A stretch of DNA of 64,000 nt from the IMG/VR virus record IMGVR_UViG_3300036900_000256, positions 10,453 to 74,452 of that record. One strand, 5' to 3'. Source of the stretch: a virus. The position numbers and the translations under genes were made by a program. This document shows, piece after piece, positions 18,260-28,732 of this stretch (the stretch's first letter is position 1; each line of letters begins with the position of its first letter). Under the pieces are notes generated by a model. That model was not told the DNA's origin, did no database searches, and saw nothing but the letters and a program-made list of their open reading frames with translations.

Positions 18260-18735
18260 TGCCGACCACTGTGAAACGCGCCAACACGACCCTGGTCGCC
18301 ATCGCCTGGCTCGGTGGTGTCGAGGGGCTCACGCCGAGCATGGTCGCCTCGTCGCTCCCTGCCGACAACAGCTCTTGGGCTGCGTCCGGGTTCGTCACCG
18401 TCCGACCGACCGGCGGCACGTCCTCGGTGGACAACCCCGTGCGGCGGCCGGTCGTCACGGTCGACACCTACGCGGTCAACCCGCTCTCCGACTCGCGCGC
18501 CCCGATGGGGCAGGCCAACAACCTCGCCGAACTGGTCGTCAACGCCTGCTGGCAACGAACCCGCGCGGAACGCCTCGCGGTGCAACGCCTCCTCACCCTC
18601 CCGCACGGGCACCCGGCCGCGCGGGTACTGGCCGCGATCGTCCGCACCGAACCCCGGCCCGCGTACGGCGAACTCGGCCGGTACGCGCACTTCGTCACCG
18701 ACGTCGAGCTCGACTGGATCGAGGTACCGGCATGA
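18259..18735 (+). CDS. Tail terminator (putative)
   Basis: Size and synteny; PVVTVDTYA..ANNLAE. Confidence 0.6.
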   Translation: MPTTVKRANTTLVAIAWLGGVEGLTPSMVASSLPADNSSWAASGFVTVRPTGGTSSVDNPVRRPVVTVDTYAVNPLSDSRAPMGQANNLAELVVNACWQRTRAERLAVQRLLTLPHGHPAARVLAAIVRTEPRPAYGELGRYAHFVTDVELDWIEVPA

Positions 18736-18968
18736 CCGGCCGCCTGTTCGCCTACGACCTCCCGGTCGCGCAGAGCCTGATGACGCTCAACGGCCTGGTG
18801 CTGGTGCACGACAACGAGCACGAGATGGGGTTCCTCCTCTCCGGCGGCCGCGTGGTCGATCTGCCGCCGTGGGTGAAGCCCGAGGAGCAGTTGCGCCTAG
18901 CCAACCACCCCCAACTGTCGAGCGTCCGTTTCCCCTTGGACCGGAAGGACTTCCGCGATGCGAGTTAG
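18732..18968 (+). CDS. Hypothetical protein
   Basis: ATGA overlap with the upstream gene. Confidence 0.5.
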   Translation: MTGRLFAYDLPVAQSLMTLNGLVLVHDNEHEMGFLLSGGRVVDLPPWVKPEEQLRLANHPQLSSVRFPLDRKDFRDAS

Positions 18969-19176
18969 GACCACGTTCCGGCCCGACCAGGAGGTCGAGG
19001 TCGACCAGGCCGAATACGAGGACCTGAAGCAGCAGGGGGTCCTCCTGCCCGGCCTGGTGTCCGAAGCCGACGACGCCACGAACACCGACAACAGCGGCGG
19101 CGCACCTGGTGGGACCGGGTCGACCGACGAGACCGAACCCGGCACGCCCGGCGGCACAACCAGGAATAGGAGCTGA
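18958..19176 (+). CDS. Hypothetical protein
   Basis: Short ORF directly before the tail tube gene. Confidence 0.5.
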   Translation: MRVRTTFRPDQEVEVDQAEYEDLKQQGVLLPGLVSEADDATNTDNSGGAPGGTGSTDETEPGTPGGTTRNRS

Positions 19177-19178
19177 TC

Positions 19179-19736
19179 ATGGGCGTCACCACGACGAACT
19201 TCATCCAGGGCCCGGCAACCCTGTACGACGGCGCGTACGGCGCGGCCGAGCCCGCAGACGCCGACGTCAACGCCACCCCAGCCGCGTCCGCGTGGACGGA
19301 CCGTGGCGGCACAGACGGCGGCGTGAAGCTGGTCGTCGACCAGAAGTGGTCCGAACTGACCTGCGACCAGATCGTCGACCGGGTCGGCTCCCGGCTGACG
19401 AAGCGCGACTTCATGGTCTCCACGAACCTCGCCGAGGGCACCCTGGAGAACCTGTCCATGGCGCTCAACGGCGGCACCGCGGCGTCCGGAACCGGCTTCA
19501 AGTCGTGGGAGCCCAACGCGGCCAGCTCGGCGACGCAGCCGAACTATCGGGCGTTCCTACTCGACGGCATCGCACCGAACTCCCTGGTGCGCAAGGTGGT
19601 CCTGCGTCGGGCCGTCAACGTCGCCAAGGTCGAAATGGCGTGGATGAAAGACAAGCAGCTCCTCATCCCGTGCGAGTTCACCGGGCACTACGTATCCCCG
19701 TCGATCCGGCCCATCCGGCTCATCGACGGCACCTGA
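19179..19736 (+). CDS. Major tail (tube) protein
   Basis: NFIQGPATLY, WTDRGGTDGGV; followed by a 12-bp hairpin at 19743-19773. Confidence 0.8.
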   Translation: MGVTTTNFIQGPATLYDGAYGAAEPADADVNATPAASAWTDRGGTDGGVKLVVDQKWSELTCDQIVDRVGSRLTKRDFMVSTNLAEGTLENLSMALNGGTAASGTGFKSWEPNAASSATQPNYRAFLLDGIAPNSLVRKVVLRRAVNVAKVEMAWMKDKQLLIPCEFTGHYVSPSIRPIRLIDGT

Positions 19737-19819
19737 TCGGCGGCTGCCGGGTCGTGCCCCCCGACCCGGCAGCGCCTCACCCCCGTTCCCCGCCAGCCTC
19801 AACCACCAGAGGAAACGCC

Positions 19820-20233
19820 ATGGCCACCACCACGACCCGCGCACCCCGCAAGCCGCGCACCACTCCGAGGAAGGCAACCGTGCGGTCGGTCGCCGTCCCG
19901 ACCGGCGGCATCGAGCCGTTCCGGTTCGTCACGCCCGACATCGAGCCCGAGGTTGAGCTCGTCGAACTGTTCTCCATCGACGACCGCTCCTACTTCATCC
20001 CCAAGGAGATCTCGCCGTCGGTGTCGCTGCGGTTCATGCGGGCCGCCCGGTCGACCGGTATGGAGATCGCGATGGCGGATCTCCTGGAGTCGATGCTCGG
20101 CGAGGAGGCCTTCGAAGCACTGGCCAACTACAAGCACATCACCACCCAGCAGTTCGCCGACCTGATGGATCTGGTGCGCCGCCACGCGATGGGTGCGATC
20201 ACCGGCCCAAAAGGCAACTCGAAGAGCGCGTAG
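19820..20233 (+). CDS. Tail assembly chaperone (G)
   Basis: Between tail tube and tape measure genes; slippery site near its 3' end. Confidence 0.75.
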   Translation: MATTTTRAPRKPRTTPRKATVRSVAVPTGGIEPFRFVTPDIEPEVELVELFSIDDRSYFIPKEISPSVSLRFMRAARSTGMEIAMADLLESMLGEEAFEALANYKHITTQQFADLMDLVRRHAMGAITGPKGNSKSA

Positions 20234-20544
20234 CCGAGCTGTCGTGGGTGCTGGACCACCTGGATGACCTGCACGCGGACTTCCTGGCCATCTGGGGAAT
20301 CGACCTCCACCGCGACACGACCCTCACCGGTCCCGAGTTCTTCGAACTGGCCACCAGGACGTTCGCGTTCGAAGGGGTGATGGCGGCCCGGCTCCGCGCG
20401 GAGGACGAGACCAACGGGTACAGCGCCCCGTCAGCCCAGCCGGAGCGGATCTCTTCCACCACAACGGAAGCACCACCCACCGGAGCACGCGAGGTGGAGG
20501 TGCGCCACATGCGGATGCTCCACCCGGACCTGATCGACATGTGA
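20206..20544 (+). CDS. Tail assembly chaperone -1 frameshift extension (GT)
   Basis: C CCA AAA heptamer at 20206-20212; the -1 frame is open into ORF 20248..20544. Confidence 0.75.
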   Translation, partial: PKRQLEERVAELSWVLDHLDDLHADFLAIWGIDLHRDTTLTGPEFFELATRTFAFEGVMAARLRAEDETNGYSAPSAQPERISSTTTEAPPTGAREVEVRHMRMLHPDLIDM

Positions 20545-20575
20545 CTGAGAGGAGGTGGGCAGCATGGCCAGCAAG

Positions 20576-21055
20576 TCAGTCAACCGCGAGCGGCATGTAA
20601 GCCGCGCGCCCGTCGCGCGCTGCTTCGGCTGCTTCGAGTTCGGTGTCGAAGGTGCCGAGATGCGTGTTGCGCACCTTCGCCTTCCAGCGGCCGGAAGCTG
20701 CCCGACTGACTCCCCGGTACATCGAAGTGAGCGCCGCGCCAGTCGAGTGCACCGTGTGAACCCGGTTCTGTGCCTGGCTCCTGGCCGGAATCACGCGCAA
20801 GTTCGCCCTCGTGTTGTTGAGCGGGTTGCGGTCGATGTGATCTGCCGTGGACGGCGCACCGTGTGCAAGGCACAGCAGCTGGCGAGCCATCAGCACTGTC
20901 TTCCGAGCTGGCCGTGGTGTGCACCGGGCCGCATAGCCCTCATCGGTCAGGAACCACCGATGTTGGTTCAGCGCCTCGAAATCGACCGCATCAACCTCGG
21001 TGTAGGCCACAACCTCGCCATGCCAACGGCCACCTCGCCACAGCGGAATCTGCAT
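20576..21055 (-). CDS. HNH-AP2 homing endonuclease
   Basis: DHIDRNPLNNTRANLR (HNH) plus SMYRGVS..RWKAKV..HLGTFDTELEAA (AP2). Confidence 0.85.
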   Translation of the reverse strand: MQIPLWRGGRWHGEVVAYTEVDAVDFEALNQHRWFLTDEGYAARCTPRPARKTVLMARQLLCLAHGAPSTADHIDRNPLNNTRANLRVIPARSQAQNRVHTVHSTGAALTSMYRGVSRAASGRWKAKVRNTHLGTFDTELEAAEAARDGRAAYMPLAVD

Positions 21056-21093
21056 GAACCCACGGTACCGCTTGGGATCGGGGTGTTTCAGCC

Positions 21094-24000
21094 ATGAGCG
21101 AGGGCTTCAAGATCGCCTCAGCGTTTGTCGAGGTGACGCTGAAGGACAACACCGACGCGGACATGGACAAGCTCCGTGAGCGCATCCGCGCGGCGAGACC
21201 GTTCGAGCTGCCCACCACCTACAAGGCGCCGGAGGGGCCGCCGCCGAAACCGCGCCGCCAGGACCCGGTCGAGATCCCGACCAAGCTGAAGGACCCGGTC
21301 GACGAAGCCTTCAGGCAGCAACTCAACAACGACCTCCGCGCGGCCGCCCGTCAGCTCGCGAAGCTCCCGATCAACGCCGACACCGAGAACCTGCGCTCCG
21401 AGGTGGCCGCTCGTGTCCGGGAGATCAGCGACACCCTGAAGGCCGACATCCCCGTCGACCTGGCCGACGCGACCGCGTGGCGGGAGAAGGTCCGCGCCGA
21501 GGTCGACGCGGTCTCCGACCGGGTCCGGTCGCAGATCGAGGACAAACCGCCCGCGCAGGTGCCGACGAAGCTGTCGGACCCCGTGAACGAGGCGTGGAAA
21601 GCACAGGTCAACGCCGATTTGCGTGCGGCGGCGCGGGACCTGGCGAAACTCCCGGTCGACGCGGACACAGAGCACCTGCGACGCCAGGTCGCCGAGTCCA
21701 TCCGGCAGATCGAGCAGACCCTCAAGGCCGACATCCCGGTGGACGCCGGTGACGCGTCGGCGATGCGGGCCAAGGTCCGGGCCGAGGTCGCGGCGATCTC
21801 CCGCGCGGTGAAGGTCGACGTCCCGGTGGACGTCGACACCTCCTCGCTGGGGCGGGCGCGCGGGCAGATCGTGTCGGCGGCGAACGACATCGAGTCCCGT
21901 GTCGGCGGGTCCGCGAGCCGGGCCGGGGCGCACCTGGGCACGATCGGCCGGTACGCGGCGATCGGATTGGGCGGTATCCCCCCGCTGGCCGCGGCGGGCG
22001 CTGGTGCGATCGCCGCCATCGGCCCGGCGGCGATCGGGGCGGCGGGGGCGATCGCGACCATCGGGTTCGCGTTCGGCGGCGTCATGGGCGCACTCAAGGG
22101 GTACACGGCGGACCAGAACGCGGCGGGTGCCGCGTCGGCGGGGTCGGCGGCGACGCAGCTGTCCAACGCCACGGCGATCCGGGACGCCACACGCGGGATC
22201 GCAGAGGCCGAGAAGGACAAGGCCCGCGCCTATCAGGACGCCGCCGACCAGATCACCGGGGCCGAGCGGCGGGTCGCGGACGCCCAGCAGACCGAACGGC
22301 AGGCGCAGCTCGCCCTGACCGACGCCCGACGAGCCGCCGCCGACCAACTGGAGGACCTGAACCGGCGACTGGAGGACACCGCCCTCAACGAGGAAGGTGC
22401 CGCGCTGGCCGCTGAAGCCGCCCAGGAGCGGCTGCGGAAGGTCATCGCGAACCCGCTGTCGACGGACCTGGAGAAGCGGCAGGCCGACTACGAGGTGCGG
22501 CAGGCCCTGGACCGGCTGGCGGACCTCAAGGCCGCTGACGAGCGGATGCGCCGCGACGTCGAGGAAGCCAACGCGCGCGGTGTCGAGGGTGACCGGCAGG
22601 TCGTGTCCGCGAAGGAACGCGTCTCCCAGGCCACCCAGGGTGTGACCGACGCGCAGACCGAGTTGGGGCGGGCGCACGCGGACGCGGCGGAGAAGATGGC
22701 GGACGCGGACGAGCGGGTCGCCCGCGCGGTGGAGCAGTTGGCCGATGTGCAGGCGCAGCAGGCTGCCTCGGCGGCGGGGGCGGCTGGTGCGACGTCGAAG
22801 TACGCGGAAGCGATGGCCAAGCTCTCGCCCGCCGCACGGGAGTTCGTCGAGCAGCTGATCTCCATGAAGCCGTTGGTGGACGACCTGTCCAAGACGGCGC
22901 AGACGGCAATGCTGCCCGGTTTCACGCAGATGCTCAAGGACTCCACGGTCCTGTTCCCGATCTTCAAGCAGGGCATCGCGGACATCGGCGGGGTGCTCGG
23001 CGACACCGCACGGCAGGCCGGGGCGCTGTTCCAGTCCCCGGTGTTCCAGCAGCAGTTGGGCCAGAACTTCACCAACGCCCTACCGGTGATCCGGGCGGCG
23101 TCGGAGGGGTTCCTCGAACTCTTCCGGATGATCATCGAGTTGGGGTCCAAGGCCGGGCCGGTCATGGACGCCATCGCAGGCGGCATCACCGCCCTCGTCG
23201 GCGGCCTGGGTGACTTCTTCCAGGCCATCGGCCCCGCGATGGGCCCCATCGGGGAGATCCTCACCGCCGTGTTCCAGGCGGTGGCGTCGCTGCTCGGGCC
23301 GCTGGGCCAACTGGTCGCGATGATCGTCACCTCGTTGGCGCCCGCGTTCACCGCCCTCGCCCCGGTCGTCGCCCTGTTCGCCCAGGTGGTGCTCGCCCTG
23401 CTCAAACCGGTCATCGAGGCGCTCGGCCCGATGCTGGAAACCGTGGTCGGCGCACTGAACGGTGTACTCGAAGCACTGCTGCCGGTCATGCCCGCCGTCG
23501 GCGAGTTCTTCGCCGCCCTGGGCCCGCTGATCGGGTTGCTGGCCCAGTTCGTCGGCCAACTCCTTGAGGGCCTGGCGCCGGTGCTGCAGACGGTCGCCGA
23601 GGCGTTGACCCCGGTCGTGGAGGTCCTCACCGATTCCCTCGGCCCGGTGCTGCCGCTGATCTCGGAGGCGTTCGGCGAGTGGTGGAAGGCGTTGTCGCTG
23701 CTCATCGAGCCGATCACGACGCTGATCACGACGTTGCTGCCGCCGTTGTCGGAGATGCTGACCCGTTACCTGGAGGCGTTGCAGCCGATCTGGCCCGAGA
23801 TCCAGAAACTGGCGGAGGCCATCTCGGGGGCGCTGACGCAGGCATTGTTGGACTTGGCGCCGAAACTGCCGGAGATGATCGACAGCTTCATGAAGCTGTT
23901 CGAGGCGGTTGCCCCGCTGATGCCGGATCTGATCAAGTTGGCGACCCTGTTCGCCGAGACGGTGCTCCCGGCGGTTCTGGGGTTGATCGTCGGGGTGCTG

Positions 24001-24783
24001 TCGTTGGACGCCACGATCATGGGTGGTCTCGCGGACGCGATCCGGTGGTGTGTCGATCACATCGGACCGGCGTGGGAGTTCATCAAGAACACAGTGGCCT
24101 TTCAGATCGACCAGATCAAAATGGTGATCAACTGGTTTTCCGAGTTGCCGGGGATGATCAGCGACTGGTTCGGGCGCGCGAAGGACGGCGCAGTCGACAA
24201 GTGGAACCAGCTCGTCGACTGGGCGCGCGGTATCCCCCGAATGATCACTGACGCGCTCGGGAACCTCGGCAACACCCTGTGGGACGCGGGCACGGACCTC
24301 GTGCGCGGCCTGTGGGGCGGCCTGCAGTCCATGGGTGGCTGGCTCACCAGCCAGGTGTGGTCCTGGATCAAACGGGTCATCCCCGGCCCGATCAAGGACG
24401 CGCTCGGCATCAGCTCGCCATCGAAGGTCGCCGAAGAACTGTCCGCCGAGGTGCCCGCGGGCCTGGTCGTCGGCATGGACGGCGGCACCCAACAGGTGCA
24501 GGCGGCGTCGCTGCGGCTGGCCAGCGGCATCCGGTCCGGCCTCGCGGGCGGGCTCGGCGGAGACGGCGCGGCACTCCCGCTCGGACTCGCCCCTGGAGGC
24601 GCAGTCGACGTACCCGGTCAGCAGCCGTTGGGCAGCGCCGGTCTCACCGTGCAGGGCGACATCGTCGTGCACCTGCACGGGATCGTCGACCTCACCGACC
24701 CCACCTCCATGAACGCCGCGGCCCGCGAGCTGGTGGAGCGGATCCGCGACGCGATCCGCGTAGTCGAACGGAGCACGACGTGA
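21094..24783 (+). CDS. Tape measure protein
   Basis: 1229 aa, helical, Pro-periodic amphipathic repeats, C-terminal LGISSPSKV. Confidence 0.92.
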   Translation: MSEGFKIASAFVEVTLKDNTDADMDKLRERIRAARPFELPTTYKAPEGPPPKPRRQDPVEIPTKLKDPVDEAFRQQLNNDLRAAARQLAKLPINADTENLRSEVAARVREISDTLKADIPVDLADATAWREKVRAEVDAVSDRVRSQIEDKPPAQVPTKLSDPVNEAWKAQVNADLRAAARDLAKLPVDADTEHLRRQVAESIRQIEQTLKADIPVDAGDASAMRAKVRAEVAAISRAVKVDVPVDVDTSSLGRARGQIVSAANDIESRVGGSASRAGAHLGTIGRYAAIGLGGIPPLAAAGAGAIAAIGPAAIGAAGAIATIGFAFGGVMGALKGYTADQNAAGAASAGSAATQLSNATAIRDATRGIAEAEKDKARAYQDAADQITGAERRVADAQQTERQAQLALTDARRAAADQLEDLNRRLEDTALNEEGAALAAEAAQERLRKVIANPLSTDLEKRQADYEVRQALDRLADLKAADERMRRDVEEANARGVEGDRQVVSAKERVSQATQGVTDAQTELGRAHADAAEKMADADERVARAVEQLADVQAQQAASAAGAAGATSKYAEAMAKLSPAAREFVEQLISMKPLVDDLSKTAQTAMLPGFTQMLKDSTVLFPIFKQGIADIGGVLGDTARQAGALFQSPVFQQQLGQNFTNALPVIRAASEGFLELFRMIIELGSKAGPVMDAIAGGITALVGGLGDFFQAIGPAMGPIGEILTAVFQAVASLLGPLGQLVAMIVTSLAPAFTALAPVVALFAQVVLALLKPVIEALGPMLETVVGALNGVLEALLPVMPAVGEFFAALGPLIGLLAQFVGQLLEGLAPVLQTVAEALTPVVEVLTDSLGPVLPLISEAFGEWWKALSLLIEPITTLITTLLPPLSEMLTRYLEALQPIWPEIQKLAEAISGALTQALLDLAPKLPEMIDSFMKLFEAVAPLMPDLIKLATLFAETVLPAVLGLIVGVLSLDATIMGGLADAIRWCVDHIGPAWEFIKNTVAFQIDQIKMVINWFSELPGMISDWFGRAKDGAVDKWNQLVDWARGIPRMITDALGNLGNTLWDAGTDLVRGLWGGLQSMGGWLTSQVWSWIKRVIPGPIKDALGISSPSKVAEELSAEVPAGLVVGMDGGTQQVQAASLRLASGIRSGLAGGLGGDGAALPLGLAPGGAVDVPGQQPLGSAGLTVQGDIVVHLHGIVDLTDPTSMNAAARELVERIRDAIRVVERSTT

Positions 24784-25988
24784 CCGACTACGGGCTTGTC
24801 AATGTCGGCCGCCTCGCCCTGCGGGAGGCCATCAGGGCGTTCGACGACAAGGTGAACGCCACCACCAGGGCGCGCACCGCGACGATCAGCGGGCAGGAAT
24901 CACTTCCGCCGCTCACCGCCGCCCAACTCGCCGCGCTCCAGGACGACATCCCCGCTCTGATGGACTCGTTCGTGCCGGTGACATTCACGAACAAGTCCGA
25001 CCGCAACGGCTACTACCTGGTGCGCGATGCCGGCGCGAAGTTGTTGTCGTGGACCGGGGAGCTGGTCACCTGCGACTGGGACCTCGCGCTGGAACGACAA
25101 GGCACCGACACCGAGGTCGACATCGAGTCGCGGCTGTCCGGGTCGGCCACCCGCAACAACTCCTTCGCCGCGACCGGTGACCGGTGGCACGCCCCACCGA
25201 TCGGGCACTACGCGTATTACACCGGCTCCACCCAGCCGTCCACTGTGGTGCGGACCGGCGCAGACGGGGCAATGACCGTGTACCGGGGTGTGCCGGTCAC
25301 GGTGAACCCGCGGTGGGGTTGCCCGGTCGGGTCGTACCTGACCGGGCGGTGCCGGTACCTCGACCCGAACGGCATCGAACGCGCCGGGACGAACACCTCC
25401 ACGGCGGCGTCCGGGTGGGAGGTCAACAACGCGCTCGTGCGCGTCCGCCCGCTCACCGCGTCCGGTGTGCTGCAGGTGTCCGCCTATACCGGCGGCGCGT
25501 GGCAGACGAAGAACTGGGACATCCAGTCCGGCGGGGTGTCGATCGGCGTGTTCGACTCGGCGACGGTGTTGCAGAACGAACCCGAAGCGGTCGTCGTGCG
25601 CCTGCTGCGGTCGCAGTCGTCCGGCCGGTACGTCGTGGACGTGACGCTGCGCCGCGGCTCCCGGTTCGCCGAGCTGTACGTGCAGGCCTCCTACTCGGCC
25701 ACCCTGAAGGTCGTCAGGGGCACCACCGAGGCAGGTACCGCCGCCACCGGGTACGTCCGCGCGACGGCGAACGACGCTGCGGGGAACCGGTACATCGTCG
25801 GCTCGACGCTGACCCACACCGCGGATACCACGAACGGCGGCCTGTCGCTCGCCGCGACCACCACCCTGGACGCGTTCATCGGTGTGCTCGCCGCCGGATC
25901 CGGGGCCGTCGCCGGGGACCAGGCCGCTGATCTCTACGCCCAGTACCTCGGTGCCCCCTCCGAACTCGTGCAGGCGGTGCGCCGATGA
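24780..25988 (+). CDS. Minor tail protein
   Basis: GTG 24780 overlaps the tape measure stop; beta-rich. Confidence 0.7.
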   Translation: MTDYGLVNVGRLALREAIRAFDDKVNATTRARTATISGQESLPPLTAAQLAALQDDIPALMDSFVPVTFTNKSDRNGYYLVRDAGAKLLSWTGELVTCDWDLALERQGTDTEVDIESRLSGSATRNNSFAATGDRWHAPPIGHYAYYTGSTQPSTVVRTGADGAMTVYRGVPVTVNPRWGCPVGSYLTGRCRYLDPNGIERAGTNTSTAASGWEVNNALVRVRPLTASGVLQVSAYTGGAWQTKNWDIQSGGVSIGVFDSATVLQNEPEAVVVRLLRSQSSGRYVVDVTLRRGSRFAELYVQASYSATLKVVRGTTEAGTAATGYVRATANDAAGNRYIVGSTLTHTADTTNGGLSLAATTTLDAFIGVLAAGSGAVAGDQAADLYAQYLGAPSELVQAVRR

Positions 25989-28732
25989 CCGTCCAGGAGA
26001 GCCTGCAGAAGCTCGGCCAGTGGTCGCTGAAGCTCGACCCTGGCACCCCGCGCGACGTCCTGGGCCGTATCGGCTACTTCGGGCACATCGCCATCAGCAC
26101 CGGCCGCACGGACCCGCGGGTCGCGAAGGACTCCCTGCTGCGCTCGGCCCGGTACGTCGGGGTGGTGCGCGGCATCTCCCTCACCGACGAGAACAGCGCG
26201 GCCGCGCCGACAATTTCCGGGCCTGGCATGGCGATGTGGCTCGGCGACGAGGACAAGAAGGGGTCGGTGCTGGAGAACGCGACCCCGTTCGCCTCCGGGT
26301 CGTTCACCTCCGTCGTCCGCGCGCTGCTCCCCTCCTCGGGCTCGGTCACCGAGGGCACCCTGTACTCGGTCGCAGGTGTTTATACCGGCACCCACCAGTT
26401 CCAGGACCCACGCACCGCGATCGACTACGTGTGCGAGACGTTCACCTCATCGGACACCGACCCTGTCGGGTGGCGGGTCAACGGCGACGGCACGCTCGAC
26501 GCGGGCAAGGCGTCCCAGCTGTTCACCACCAGCCCAAGGTGCGCGATCATCCGGCGCGGCGCCGGGGTCGACCTGTCCATGCGGGCTCTGCGTGGCAAGG
26601 CGCAGCTCGCGAAGGACGTCGACGACTTCACCACGCGGGTGGTGCTGATCGCGTCCGGCAACGGCGCCTCGGTGGCCACCGGTACGGCGGACATCGCGCC
26701 CGGCCTCAACACGTTCAAAGACGTGCACGGCAACACCGTGGTCATGACCCGGTTGGTGTCCGAGTCCGCCACGGTGCAGGGCAACGCCGCGGCGCGCGCC
26801 CAACTCGCGCTCAATCAGTTCACCGCGGATCGCCGCTCCGTCCGGCTGACCACCGACGAGGTCGACATCAAGGGCACTGCCGCCGTCGGCGACTACGTGT
26901 GGGTCCACAACGACGCCGTCGGCCTGGTCGACCCGGCCAACGAGGTCGTGTTCCGCGGCATGCGCCTACAGCCGGTTCAGTTGCGGCTGATCGAGATGAC
27001 CTGGCCGATCGAGACCGGTATGTCGGTGGCCTACCGGGATCAGGCCGGGGTGTGGACCGATCTCACCGACTATGTGAAGTTCGAGTCCGGGCAGACCAGC
27101 CTCACCGTCGGCGGCTACCAGCGCACGCTCACCAGCGGCGGTGAGGCAGTCGGGTCGCGGCCGGTGGCGGACACCAGCATTCCGGCTGCGCCGACGTTCG
27201 TGACCCCGTTCCGGCAGGCCGTCTACCAGTCCGGCACGACCGGCACGACGAAGGCCCAGGTCCAGGTCGAGTGGGTCAAGCCCGCTAACACCGACGGCAC
27301 GCTGGTGCTGGACGGCGACCGCATCGAGATCCAGTACCGCACCGGGTCGACGCCGATCTTCCCCGCGACGCACTCCCAGATGTCTGCCTACACCCACGCG
27401 CAGCTCGCCGCGGGCACACACGACCAGCCGATCACCTACACACCCGGCCCGTGGCAGTCCACTTACACCAGCTTCGACGACACCAGCCAGCTGATCCAGG
27501 AGCTGACCCCAGGCATCCCCTACGACGTGCGGGTGCGGGCCTACGACTCGTCGAGCCCGCCGAACGTCGGCGACTGGTCAGCCACGACCACCGTGCAGAC
27601 GGTCGGCGACACGATCGCACCCTCCACCCCGGCACCACCGACCGTGGCGGCGTCACGGATCGCGGTGCAGATCATCCACAACCTGGGGCGGTCCGACGGT
27701 GGCACGTTCAACCTCGAACCGGACCTGAACCACCTGGAGATCCACGCCCAGTACACGCCGTCGTATACCCCGGACGACACCACGCGCATCGGGAAGCTGC
27801 TCGCTACCAGCGGGATGATGCTCGGCGAGATCCCCGCCGTCGGCACGTTCCCGGTCGAGTTCACCGACCACGTCTACATCAAGGTCATCGCGGTCGACGA
27901 CGCAGGCAACAAGTCCTCGCCGTCCACCGCAGCGGTGTCGACCATTCTGCTCATCGACGACGCCCACATTTCCGACCTGACCGTCACCAAGGTCACCGCA
28001 GGCACCATCAGCGCTGACTGGCTCGTCGCTGCCACGATCATGGCCGGAACAGCGGGAGCCGGTCGCGTGCAATTGGTGCCGACTGGCCTTGAGGCTTACA
28101 GCCCAACAAATGTAAAAACTGTTGATATTAAGACAGACGGAACCATCTTGATCACCGGGAAGCTTCAGACCGGGGTTAGTTCTGTTGCAGATCGTGTCGT
28201 GGTAGACCCGGCATTGATCACTACCGGTGGCATTAGCGTTCCTGCGGTTGCATGGTATGACGACGGTGACCCCAATAACTACGTACGAGCTTCAACACTC
28301 AATACCAACTATATCCTTGGGGTTCGAAGCAAGACTGACGAGACCCTTCGCGGTGGTAATGTCTATTTCGACCTTCCCGCCGGAGGCGGCTCGGCTTATT
28401 TGGGATACACAACACCATCCACAGACTGGTACTACCAGATCGGTTCAGACGGTGCCCACCACTTGAAGGGGATCTTCCGGAAGACTGAAACTTTGGGAGG
28501 GCTTGGCGCACTACATGTTGACCAGGTCGGAGCATCCGGTTCGAGCATGAGTTATTCGTACGGCCCGACATACGCTTCGACACCTCTTCCATTCGTGGAG
28601 ATTCAGGGAACCAGTGGAAGTCCTCCTACGGCCAGTTCTCACGCATTGACTGCCAGGTCTGCTTCGGGATTCAGTATCCAATATCCTGCCGGAAACTGCG
28701 ATGTTTTGGTGTGGGCGGTGCGCTATGGCTGA
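25985..28732 (+). CDS. Minor tail / tail-tip protein with fibronectin-III-like regions
   Basis: LTPGIPYDVRVRAYD, YIKVIAVDDAGNKS, ISDLTVTKVTAGTI. Confidence 0.75.
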   Translation: MTVQESLQKLGQWSLKLDPGTPRDVLGRIGYFGHIAISTGRTDPRVAKDSLLRSARYVGVVRGISLTDENSAAAPTISGPGMAMWLGDEDKKGSVLENATPFASGSFTSVVRALLPSSGSVTEGTLYSVAGVYTGTHQFQDPRTAIDYVCETFTSSDTDPVGWRVNGDGTLDAGKASQLFTTSPRCAIIRRGAGVDLSMRALRGKAQLAKDVDDFTTRVVLIASGNGASVATGTADIAPGLNTFKDVHGNTVVMTRLVSESATVQGNAAARAQLALNQFTADRRSVRLTTDEVDIKGTAAVGDYVWVHNDAVGLVDPANEVVFRGMRLQPVQLRLIEMTWPIETGMSVAYRDQAGVWTDLTDYVKFESGQTSLTVGGYQRTLTSGGEAVGSRPVADTSIPAAPTFVTPFRQAVYQSGTTGTTKAQVQVEWVKPANTDGTLVLDGDRIEIQYRTGSTPIFPATHSQMSAYTHAQLAAGTHDQPITYTPGPWQSTYTSFDDTSQLIQELTPGIPYDVRVRAYDSSSPPNVGDWSATTTVQTVGDTIAPSTPAPPTVAASRIAVQIIHNLGRSDGGTFNLEPDLNHLEIHAQYTPSYTPDDTTRIGKLLATSGMMLGEIPAVGTFPVEFTDHVYIKVIAVDDAGNKSSPSTAAVSTILLIDDAHISDLTVTKVTAGTISADWLVAATIMAGTAGAGRVQLVPTGLEAYSPTNVKTVDIKTDGTILITGKLQTGVSSVADRVVVDPALITTGGISVPAVAWYDDGDPNNYVRASTLNTNYILGVRSKTDETLRGGNVYFDLPAGGGSAYLGYTTPSTDWYYQIGSDGAHHLKGIFRKTETLGGLGALHVDQVGASGSSMSYSYGPTYASTPLPFVEIQGTSGSPPTASSHALTARSASGFSIQYPAGNCDVLVWAVRYG

